DNA of 64,000 nt, taken from contig OZ336873.1 in assembly GCA_965287045.1 (NCBI GenBank), positions 110,546,001-110,610,000 of the forward strand, given 5' to 3'. Under the pieces are notes generated by a model. That model was not told where the DNA came from, did no database searches, and saw only the letters and a program-made list of their open reading frames with translations. Below, in pieces: positions 37,309-47,580 of this stretch. How positions within the stretch are numbered: position 1 is the first letter of the stretch; the number at the start of each line of letters is the position of its first letter. The position numbers and the translations under genes were made by a program. Origin of the DNA: Carcharhinus amblyrhynchos (lineage: Eukaryota).

Positions 37309-38554
37309 CTGTAAGATAAGAAAGAGAATGTCAAGTCCTCTTTTCTAGTGTAGAAGTGGTTGTTGTCTCTATTATTATAGATCCAAACATCATGCAGTGT
37401 TTGAACTGAGATCTCAACTTCCATTCCAGCACAAGTGGAAACCACCCAATGTCTAAGTTTTATAGTGGGAGTTCAGGCTCCTGTCTAACAAGGTGAGCTT
37501 GCTGTCTCGCAAGCTCAGACTCCTGCTCCCATGGCTATGGATTCCAATGCTCAAATGTTACTGCAGTGAGTCATAGCAGTCCAGCCCTCTGTCCCCCCAT
37601 AGAATAATGGGATTGCTGGGGTGCTTCCCCTAGGCAGTGGTAGTGACTCTGTGGAACATGCACTCTTAGGATGACAGTAATCATCTTCCCACCATGGCCA
37701 CTCCAACAATATCCTTATTGTTGTCCTTGGCTGCCAACCTCAGCTGTTGCAACTCTCACCAAGATGTCGTTTGAGGCAGGATGATTTGCAGTTTCCTCCA
37801 CTGAATGTCAGCAATCTCCAACCAGAAACATTGCAGCCATTGGGATAACACTGGACAGGAACACCAAGATAGGCAAAGACATGTGGAAGACAGACACAAA
37901 GAGAGATGCACAGGGGTAATTAGTTCACATTTGTGCTCAATATGGTATGCTTTGATTTATAAATTTGGTTTGGAGTGTTTATTTATTGGCCACTGTGGCC
38001 AAGCACATGCTATGTCAGTTAGCGATAGATGGAAGGTAAGGTATGGAAATGTTGGTGGATTGGGGTTACATTTACTAGCACCAGAGTTGGATAAATTGTT
38101 TATCAACAGTCAGCCACAAAGGGTCTCATTAGGTTGCCTCCTACCTTCCTCTTCTTGTACTTCTTACTTGTTCTCACTCTCCTCTTCCTGCTCACTGGTG
38201 ATCACCAGTAAGCAGGTGGCAACGACTTTGGTCTCATGATGGTAAGGCTGTGCAACATTAAAAGGACCACAATTAGTCTTGACATCTGCTCTGCCAAAAA
38301 CTGCCAGCATTTTCCACAAAAATAAAGTATATTTATAAATGAGTGATGTGGTGAACAGACACTGCAGATGAAAAAAGGATCAAGTTTAGCCAGAAGTTGG
38401 AGAAATAGAGAATAATGGCTGGCCCTATTTTACTTATGGCTTTAACTGAAGGCTAATGGACAAGTTGAATTTTTTAGCCTCGTCGAGAATACTTCCAAAG
38501 TGGGACCAATGTGCTTCAGGAAAGGAAGAAGGTGTTTCCATGATACCAACTCAC

Positions 38555-38813
38555 TGTTTCTTGGTAGCTGGTAGGTTGATAATTTAATCTCTGTAATACT
38601 GCTGTAAACTTAGGATGTTTGGAAAAAGTTAATCTAAACAGTGTTTTATATCGCCTGACTTTTAGTAAATCTGAGCTGCTGCCATCATAAACATTAATGG
38701 GGTCCACAAGTGAACTTGTAGTTCTGCCAGCAACCTACTCATCCCATAGCCTCCTGATTCCAGCAGAGTCATTGTTCCAGCGCTTAGATCCGATGGCTCC
38801 TCTTAATGTGGCT
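38555..38813 (-). pseudogene. Exon C: ATLRGAIGSKRWNNDSAGIRRLWDE*VAGRTTSSLVDPINVYDGSSSDLLKVRRYKTLFRLTFSKHPKFTAVLQRLNYQPTSYQET
   Basis: Acceptor tttttttcactgttctccttag, donor gtgagt. 259 nt, phase 2 to 0, with a single TAG at 38737-38735 in an otherwise open 86-codon frame. Confidence 0.7.
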
Positions 38814-39139
38814 CTAAGGAGAACAGTGAAAAAAACAACAGTGTTTAAATAACTGGCAACTACTAAGCAAAATACTATAGATGTTTCTTCCCCACATGTG
38901 GTTAGATACACTTTATTTTAATTTTTGAGCTTTCTTTCTCCATGGGCCAGATCTTCCCTCACCTGTGTAGGATGTGTTGCAGCCATTTTGTTTTGCTGCA
39001 GTCGTCTGAAACTACCAACCATTCAGGATCTTTCTCCAATGTAGGTCTGTAACATAACCCTGTTTGAAAGAGACTTCTTCTCAGTAACAATTTACAGATC
39101 ACAAGTTAGATGCTAATCAGGTTTAACAAAGTTTTGTGG

Positions 39140-39445
39140 ATGCCATCTCCTTCTCTGATACCCTGCTCAAATGGGCATTGCTCTCTGTCTGTAAAACCAG
39201 GCAGTAAGTTTGGCAGGCTGTTCAATCACAAGTAACACCGCAACCAGGCCTGAGACTGGCCATTGCCCAGAACCCACACACACAGGCGCTCAGTGATCAG
39301 GAGCGGGAGGCCTTCTTGGCTTGGAACCTGAGAGATTGTGGTGACCTTTCCTCTACCTTCCAACTCCAGCAGTGGGTGAGATCAGCAAACTTGGCACAGA
39401 ATGGGGATTGACCTGGATCTGCTCAGTCTGTATGGTTCAGCAATA
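39140..39445 (-). mobile_element. Ancient tRNA-derived SINE relic
   Basis: gagatcagcaaacttggcacaga..ggggattgacctgg..tctgtatggttcag reads as a reversed tRNA-like head. Confidence 0.4.
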
Positions 39446-39517
39446 CTCTAGGACATATTTAATCATTTCATCGCTTGATCTTGTACTGCAAAATGTTTAA
39501 AAAAGAAAATTGTTTAC

Positions 39518-39642
39518 ACATGTCTAAAGTAATGTTTGGCATTGAGTTGCTCAGCCACATCCAGGACATTTCCTTTTAATTATCCCCACAGCTGCAAATA
39601 CATGACCGAGGCTTTTGTCTCTGTGTCTCCGTACAACTAATC
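39518..39642 (-). pseudogene. Exon B: GLVVRRHRDKSLGHVFAAVGII / frameshift / KGNVLDVAEQLNAKHYFRH(V)
   Basis: Acceptor ttttcttttgcag; weak donor gtaaac. 125 nt, one base longer than needed to link phase 1 to phase 2, consistent with an extra A in TTAAAAGG. Confidence 0.45.
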
Positions 39643-40194
39643 CTGCAAAAGAAAACATGCATTCTCTCTGGGCTTTTTCAGCTGTAGTGCTAAATAATGG
39701 GTAAACAACAAAACGTGGGTTTTCACCGGTAACAAATTGGAACCAAACACAAATAGATTTAGAATGAGACTGTGCCTTTTTGATATCAAAAGTAGCTGCA
39801 TATATTTCACTCCATGGACATATTTTCCCACTTGCAAAAGTGCTTTTTCTCTACCCCTGATTTCTCTCCTATATTACTGGTGACAGAATCTATTTACCCA
39901 CAGGCAAATGTATCTTAACCCCAAGTCCATATTATCCATTCTCTCATTAGTTCGCAGGAACAAAAGAATAGGTAAGGCCAATAAGAACAAGAAATGGTGT
40001 CATGAGAGCATATAGGCTTCAATGCATTCCTTTCTGAGGAGCAGAAGCCGTTTGATTAAAAAAAAGTATAATTCCCGATTCCATTAGATGAAAGCAAATA
40101 CGTTTTGCTGGAGGTGTTTTTTAAAATGCGGATTAGTGATTTATATTAACGCTTCATCGGTGATTGTGAAGTGAAGCTTTAGACCTAGAGCCAG

Positions 40195-40995
40195 GGGTGG
40201 CATGGTGGCACAGTGGTTCCCCCACAGCTCTAGGGACTTGGGTTCGATTCCCGACTTGGGTCACTGTCTGTGTGAAGTTTGCACGTTCTCCCTGTGTTTC
40301 TGTGGGTTTCCTCTGGGTGCTCCATTTCCCTCCCACAGTCCGAAGTTAGGTTGGGTGAATTGGTCATGATAAATTCTCCCTCAGTGCTGGACTGTATAAC
40401 ATTTTGATGGGTATAGATAGAGTGAATGCAAGCAGGCTTTTTCCACTGAGGCTAGGAGAGAAAAAAAAACCAGAGGGCACGGGTTAAGGGTGAAAGGAGA
40501 AAAGTTTAAAGGGAATATTAGGGGGGGCTTCTTCACGCAGAGAGTGGTGAGGGTGTGGAATGAGCTGCCGGATAAAGTGGTAAATGCGGGGTCACTTTTA
40601 ACATTTAAGAAAAACTTGGACGGATACATGGATGAGAGGGGTGTGGAGGGATATGTTCCAAGTGCAGGTCAGTGGGACTAGGCAAAATATGGTTTGGCCT
40701 GTTTCTGAGCTGTAATTTTCTATGGTTCTATGGACTGTGGCAACTAAGGAATTTTCACAATAACATCATTGCTGTGTGAATGCAAGCCTACTCGTGACTA
40801 ATAAATAAACTTTACTTTAGATGTGCAGGTTAGGTTGTTTGGACATGTTAAATTAACACTCAATGTCTTGGGATGTGATAGATTAGATGGATTAGTAGGG
40901 TAATTAAACAGGGACAGAGCCTGGGTGGGATTATTGTCGGTGCAGACTTGATGGACTGAATGGCCTCCTTCTGCACTGTAAGGTTCCCATGATTT
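40195..40995 (+). mobile_element. HE1-type SINE interrupted by a CR1 3' fragment (about 40395-40731), followed by a second SINE tail
   Basis: Insert translates to GNIRGGFFTQRVVRVWNELP. The string ggactgt flanks it at 40389-40395 and 40732-40738 (probable TSD). Confidence 0.85.
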
Positions 40996-41224
40996 TTCTT
41001 TCTCTCACAGTCAGCCTACCCTGTCTCTTCCTGGAACCACATTACCTCCTCTCCCACCCACCACCCCTCCTTCTGATTTCTTCAATGTGACCCACAATCT
41101 GGTTTGACCACATTTCTCTGACATTAGCCTTGTCTCTCCATCTGTTTGACTTGGTGAGAGAGGTTTCCGTGACTGGAGCCTTGATAGTTCTTTGTCCCTC
41201 CACGTTCTACTTCTTTAAAACATA

Positions 41225-41850
41225 GACTGGAATTTCCCCAAACTTTCTGAGTGTCATAACTGGGTGAAAACGGGAGTCCTCCGTACAAATCCCTCGGGTA
41301 AGCTCAGTACTACAATCATCTGGCATTCTGTCAATCTCTTTCATAGTGATTTCACAGCTGGAGGATGGAGGTGGTGGGGGGCATTAAACCAGGCTTCACA
41401 TTACTTGGGTGCCATTGTGCAGGTCGCCCTGATCTGCTCATGAACTGGGAGACCTATTCCAACCACCCTTGTGGACAACCCCCATTCTCTAACCCACCAC
41501 CCCGACCACCATTATCGGGGCCATTGTCAACCTCACACCAACACAAGTTGCTGGCATTGGGTCATCAGAACCCTCCCATTGGCGGACCTCTGGCAGACCC
41601 ACCCCTCCCTTGCACAACTCCCCCTTGTGTAGGTCATTCCACCCTGCATTATCCCCCCATCATTATCATACCTCACTCGCATTCAGGCTTCACCCCACTC
41701 AGGCACCACCCCCATTTAGGCACCATCCACTTGGCACTTCCCTTGGCACCTTTATGGTGTCCAAGTAGGCACTGCCAGGGGGGGCAAATGAGCACTGCTA
41801 GGGTGCCAGGTAGACACTATCAGGCTGGGAGGATTGAAGCAGCTGTGCCA
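41225..41850. mobile_element. GC-rich non-autonomous repeat (related pieces at 26970-27310 and 36270-36790)
   Basis: Starts with gactggaatttcccc, a terminal motif shared with other such elements; C-rich body with ggcactgcc motifs. Confidence 0.45.
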
Positions 41851-41969
41851 AAGATGGTAAGTACATTCTAATTTAGGTCGCAAAGCTGCTTTTGCCTGTA
41901 AATAGGGACCGGGAAGGTAGCCGTCGTATTTGCTCCCTTTTGGCTTTTTGCGTTGCCTTGCTGGCTCAC

Positions 41970-42078
41970 CACACTGATCAACTGGCATGGCAAGCAGTAA
42001 GATGGTATCCAAAATCTTTAAATTCAGAATGATCATCTTGAAAGTTTTCATGTGATCGACAATCTGGTTTGATAACAT
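41970..42078 (-). pseudogene. Exon A, candidate first coding exon with signal-peptide-like sequence MLSNQIVDHMKTFKMIILNLKILDTILLLAMPVDQC(G)
   Basis: Donor G|gtgagc at 41970/41969 (phase 1). Hydrophobic stretch ILDTILLLAMP. In-frame ATGs at 42078, 42051 and 42036. Locally higher CpG density. Confidence 0.45.
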
Positions 42079-44025
42079 TAATGTCACTTTAGTTTTCAGA
42101 CCAATTCCCAGCCAGATACAAAATTAAAACCAATAATGATTTGTTTTTAGCACTGCGTACAGGAGCAGGCTAATATCCGTTTCAATGATGCAAAGATGAT
42201 TCTTTCTGAATTGCAATCGAGACAATTCTGCACTCCTTGCACATGACATATAGGCCAGCGAAGCAGGGCTGCAATATTTTTATCTGATGCCGGGTGTCAT
42301 GCCCTAACTTCAAACAGCGCTCCCTGTGAGCACAGCTCCCTGAAGGGAGCTTATAATTATCCTGTGTAATGCCAAAATTTTTATTCACTGCAGATGAACA
42401 AACCTAAGGTTTAGTTATTTTCTTTATCTTTTGGATTATCCACGTAACTTGCAACAAATAAATGATGAATCACGACTTTGTGGAGGAGCGGGGTATGAAT
42501 GGAATGCTTTTGTTGAATGTAGTTAGCCTGAGAAATCTATCGGGGTTTGCAGTTATTAAAACGTTCATCAGTTTGAAGTTACCCATATTTAATATTGGAA
42601 TTCATTGCAATATTAAAATTTTGCAAGGCTGACAAATGTCTATGGCTGAACAAGACTGTTTGTAACTCTGGACTAGGATTTTATGTGCAGACCTGTCCAC
42701 AAGAAGATGAACTTAGACCATATGACGTAGAAACAGAAGTAGGCCATTTGACCCATCATGTCTGCTTTGCCATTCAATGAGATCATGACTGATCTGATGT
42801 GATAATCCCCAACTCCAATTTCCCATCTTATCCCCTTAAACCTTGATTCCCTTACAGAGTAAAAAATCTATCCCAGCTTGAACATATTGAACGTGCCATC
42901 CTGTACAGTCCTCTGCAGTAAAGAATTCCATGGACTCACTACCCTCTGAAAAGAGAAATTCCTTCTCACCTCAGTTTTAAATGGGTGATCCCTTACTCTG
43001 AGATTATGCCCTCTGCTCCTAAACTCCCACAAGAGAAACAACTGCTCAGCATCCTGTCAAATTCCCTGAGAATTCTATATGTCTCAATTAGGTCGCCTCT
43101 CATTCTACTAAACTCCAATCAGTACAAGCCTAACCGACTCAACCTCTCATCATCAGAAAATTCCTCCATACCCATGATTAACCTATTGAACATTCCCTGG
43201 ACTGCTCCAATGCCAGTATATCTTTCTTTAGCTAAAGGGATCAAAACTGTTCACAATATTCTAGGTGTGGTCTTATTAGTATTATAGTTTTAGCAAGACA
43301 TCCCTATTTTTATATTGCATTCCCTTTGAAATAAAGGCCAACATTTCATTTGCCTTCCTCATTACCTGCTGAACATGTATGCTAGCTTTTTGTGGTTTAT
43401 GCACAAGGACCCTAAATCTCTTATTATGGAGTAGGTAGCAATCTAAACCCCAGAAGTCTGCCTCTAAACCCCAGAAGTCTCACCCCAGGGCTTGTTGACT
43501 AAGGAAGGTGCATTCATAATAAGCCAAACAGGTTGCATGTCAACCTGAAAAATTCTTCCAACATGCCAGTGTCTAGTGGTAAGAGCGGGAAAGACACTTG
43601 GTCAGTCATGCTTGACGTGGAGTGGCACCCCTTGAGCAATAAGCCTCTGACTAGCAAACTGTTCCAGAAATAACTGGCAATGGAAACAAAGGTCTGCCTT
43701 AGTGCATCACTAGGTGCAGAAAGAGAATTGGAATGGAAACCCCAAAATCCTTTATTGTTGCAGCTTTCTTTACTTTTTCTCGGTATGAATAATATTCAGC
43801 TCCTTTATTTTTCCTACTCAAGTGCATAATTTCAAATCTATCCCAGCTTGAACATACTTAATTACCCAGCCTCTACAGCCCTCTGCAGTAAAGAATTCCA
43901 TGGACTCACTATTCTGTGAGAAGAGAAATTCCTTCTCACCTCGGTTTTAAATGCGTGATCCCTTACTCTGAGATTTTGCCCACTCACCTAACTGTCCATA
44001 TCCCTCTGTAGATTCTTTGGGCATT

Positions 44026-44335
44026 GGGGTGGCATGGTGGCATAGTGGTTAGCACTGCTGCCTCACTGGGCCAGGGACCCAGTTTCGATTCCTGTCTTGG
44101 GTCACTGTCTGTGTGGAGTTTGCGTATTCTCCCCATGTCTGCATGGGTTTCCCATGGGTGTTCCAGTTTCCTCCTACATCCAAAGATGTGCAGGTTTGGT
44201 GAATTGGTAGTGCTAAATTCTCCCTCAGTGTACCCAAACCGGCGCTGGAGGGTGGTGACTAGGGGGTTTTCACAGTAACTTCATTACAGTGTAAGTGTAA
44301 ATCTACCTGTGATGTATAAATAGAAACGTTAAAAC
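44026..44335 (+). mobile_element. HE1-type SINE
   Basis: Head and V core. Confidence 0.9.
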
Positions 44336-44964
44336 TGATCTTACCAGCTATTCATGCCAGGCTCCCATTGCAGCGAAGGCAGGGAATTTGACATCCAACC
44401 AAATCTCCGCTCACTGCAGCAAGGTGGGAAAATTCTGCCAGTGTGAACAGCAATAACATTACACTTTTGGGTCATCCTTACCACTTGCCTTTCCATCTAT
44501 TTTTGTATCACTTGCAAACTTGGAAATAGTACATTCACTTCTCTCATCCAAGTTATTAATATGTCTTGTAAATAATTATAGCCCTGACACTGTTCCTTGT
44601 GGCACTCCATTTGTTACAGATTACCACCTTGAAAATGTCTCTCTTACCCCAACCCTCTTTCTTCTATCAGTTAGCCAGACTTCTATCCATGTTAATATAC
44701 TCTCCCAACAGATGCAGGAAGGACGCAGCTTTCTGTGCAGGGACTCTTTTCTTAGCCTATTGTGCAGTATCTTACTGAATGTTTCTTTGGAAATCTAGTA
44801 CATTACGTCTACTGGTTCCCCTTCATCTACCCTGTTCCATTACCACTTCAAAGATTTCTAATAACTTTGTCAGGTATAGTTTCCCCTTCATAAAACCATG
44901 CTGACTCTGCTTGATTATATTATGTACATATGATATAATATTATGTATCACATTATGTGAGTAG

Positions 44965-45310
44965 GAGACAGTGGCGTAGTCGTATTGTCACTGGACTAGT
45001 AATCCAGAGACCCAGGGTAATGCTCTGGGGATCTGGATTCGAATCCCACCATTGTAGATGATGAAATTTGACTTCAGTAAAAATCTGGAATCAAAAGCTC
45101 AATGGTGACCATGAAACCATCGTTGCTTGTTGTAAAATCTCATCTGCTTCACTAATGTCCTTTAGGGAAGAAAATCTGTGGCCCTTACCTGGTCTAGCCC
45201 ACGTGTGACTCCAGATCCACAGCAATGTGATTGACTCTTAAATGTTCTCAGGGGTGGGCAATAGATGCTGGCCCAGCCAATGATGTCCACATCCATGAAA
45301 GAATAAATAA
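44965..45310 (+). mobile_element. tRNA-derived SINE, second family, near complete
   Basis: A box gtggcgtagtcgt, B box gattcgaatccc, tail gaataaataaa. Confidence 0.8.
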
Positions 45311-45364
45311 ATTTGTTCCAAATGCTTGGTTATTACATCTTTCATAATGGACTTTAACATTTCT

Positions 45365-45670
45365 TTAAGTTTACTTATTAGTGTCACAAGTAGGCTTACA
45401 TTAACACTGCAATTAAGTTATTGTAAAAATCTCCAAGTCACACACTCCAGTGCCTGTTGGGGTACACTGAGGGAGAATGCAGCATGGCCACCCCATCTAA
45501 CCAGCATGTCTTTCGGGCTGTGGGAGGAAACCGGAGCACCCAGACAAAACCCATGCAGACACAAGGAGAACGTACAGACTCCACACAGATAATGACCCAA
45601 GCTGGGAATCGAATGTGAATCCCTGGCACTGTGAGGCAGCAGTGCTGACCACTGTGCCACCGTGCCACCA
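45365..45670 (-). mobile_element. HE1-type SINE
   Basis: Head and V core. Confidence 0.9.
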
Positions 45671-46187
45671 TTTACTCAATGACAGACTTTGAACTAAATG
45701 GCCAATTATTTCTTGTTTTTCGTTTCCCTCCATTTTTGAATAAGGATGTTACAATGGGAGATTTCCAATCCTCTGGAATTTTACCAAAATTTAAGTATTC
45801 TTGAAAGATTACCACCAGTGCGTTCATTATCTCTGTGGCTACTTCCTTTAATATCCTGGGATACAATCCATCAGGTCCAGGGGATTAATTGTCCTTTAGT
45901 TTTCCTTGTACTCTGAAGCTGTGGTTCAGATCCCTTGTGTATCTCAGATTTTAATTGCCCTACCATTGGGGAATTCCCTCTGTAAACCTCTCTATCTCTC
46001 TTTTGCCCTTTAAAGCATTCATTAAACTCTCCAGGAAGAATTTTATAGCCACCATGCCGCATCCAAGTCAATGGACTGTTGAATGGCTCACTGCATTTTA
46101 TGGCTGTGCCACCATTGCAATGGGGCCATAAAATTTTGCCCTAACTCTTTGATCAAGCTTTTGGTCATTGACTTAAGATATTCTTCT

Positions 46188-46432
46188 GTGGCCGTATAGC
46201 TCAGTTGGCTGGATAGCTAGCTTGTGGTTCAGAATAATGTCAACAGCGTGGATTTGATTCCTGTTGTGGTTGAGGTAGACTTGGGACTGCCCTCGACATC
46301 CTGTCCCTAAGAGTGGAAGGCAATGGCAAAACAGCACTGACAAAAACTGCCAAGAAAAATGGCTCAGGATGAAGTATCCATGATTAATGAGCCAAGGACC
46401 TGGTTCTGGCCAGAGCACACATACTATATCAT
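46188..46432 (+). mobile_element. tRNA-derived SINE with an RTE-like tail
   Basis: A box tagctcagttgg, B-box-like gatttgattcc; ggaaggcaatggcaaaac is typical of RTE 3' ends. Confidence 0.6.
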
Positions 46433-47580
46433 GTGGCACAGTGTTTAATTTTGTTTGATAATCCTCCTGCTTAGTGCCTTGGGATGCTGAACGTGCTCTA
46501 TAAATAAGGTTGTTATTGTTGAGATTAACAAATCTTCCAATAACAAACCAATATCACTTTATTTGAGTCACTGTACTACAGATAAAAAAAATACTCTAAT
46601 TCCTCATGTTTCGATTAATAGATTTAAATAATGAATAAGGATCATATTATGTTGGTACAACTCATACAATCCATAGAACTGTTGGCATCACTTGATAAAA
46701 TAAAACATCGCCATGAGGTAATTTTTTGATGCTAGTTAAGCAGTCGTTTTTAGTACCTTTTCTCGATTTGGAGTACAGATGATTATTGATTTATACATTG
46801 TGCAAAATATTTGGCCATGAGTTAGTGAAATCGCTTTTGTTTTTGTGTGCTGGGAAAGGCTATTGCTTTAAATTGAATATTCTTTCCCATTTCAAGTATT
46901 CAATGAGTGTATTCACCGCTTCATTATTTTGAAGTTGGATTCTACAATTTGTTTTGCAATGTTAGGTGTCTAAAGCTGAGAACTAAGCTGTTGAGTGGCC
47001 CACTTGACCAACATGGAATGGCCACTCCCGCTAACTAAATTATTTTTGGTCTATACAACTGACCTATTTTCTACAATGGGCACAAAGAATTAAGAATGGG
47101 CTGAATTAGACAGTCTCTTCTCCAACACTGAGTGGAATTCTCTGGCTGTACTAGTCTAAAAGCTGGAAATACCTGCCCGATTGTCAATGGGGTTTCACAT
47201 TGTCTGCAACCTGCCTGTTAAAATTCCAGTGCTGGACAGGATGGGAGAATTCCAGCTATTATTTCATATCTGCCTTTTCATTGTGGTTAAGCCTCATCAA
47301 GTTATGGATAACCACACAGACTTGGTGAGGCAAATGCTGCCATTTTCATTTTCTGCAGGGTTTATTTACCAGCTCCCTCTCATGGGAAAAACCACAATTT
47401 CTAAAGTTTAGAAATGTCATTTTGATCTTTTATGTCTCTCCTCCTCACTGGGAGATAACTTGATTCAATTATTTGCTTACTGGGAAGGTAAGTGTTGTTT
47501 CAAAGGCTGTGATCTTTTTATATATTTACAGAAATGCCATTTCTTTTTCATATCCCTAACTGTGAATCTAGTCTCCAAAC

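Larger units (their letters stand above)
1390..42078 (-). pseudogene. Multi-exon disabled gene encoding a signal peptide plus Venus-flytrap (ANF-receptor/GABA-B-like) domain; may continue left of the window
   Basis: Exons 42078-41970, 39642-39518, 38813-38555, 37308-37241, 34487-34346, 25387-25293, 10145-10125, 5959-5899+1804-1766 and 1526-~1390. Phases chain 1/2/0/2/0/2/2/0, given a 1-nt frameshift in the second exon. The motifs YDGSSSDLLKVRRYKTLFRL and IRAMDFS..NGRR resemble the GABA-B flytrap domain (by-eye comparison). Three stops, one frameshift, one LINE insertion. Confidence 0.55.
42710..45900 (-). mobile_element. Long degraded CR1 ORF2 fragment carrying several younger insertions
   Basis: YPRILKEVATEIMNALVVIFQ..IPEDWK at 45866-45760; RT motifs at 44480-44920; 3' end at about 42715. 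Confidence 0.88.

Noticed and set aside
37460-38330. Possible Harbinger Myb/SANT-ORF remnants (also 27340-27620, 48460-48900, 54250-54930)
   Set aside because: The composition suggests old repeats, but no diagnostic motif could be read.
25293-38813. PLAT/LH2-domain interpretation of exons C-F (DFGTI..PLWFTEQV)
   Set aside because: It explains only two short motifs and ignores the long form of exon C. The flytrap interpretation fits more motifs in the right order, though both remain unsearched.
39951-39971. Plus-strand 21-nt microexon-like string (cattag..G|gtaagg)
   Set aside because: No partner exons on that strand; expected by chance.
44965-45060. tRNA genes suggested by A/B boxes
   Set aside because: All are SINE heads without a complete cloverleaf.
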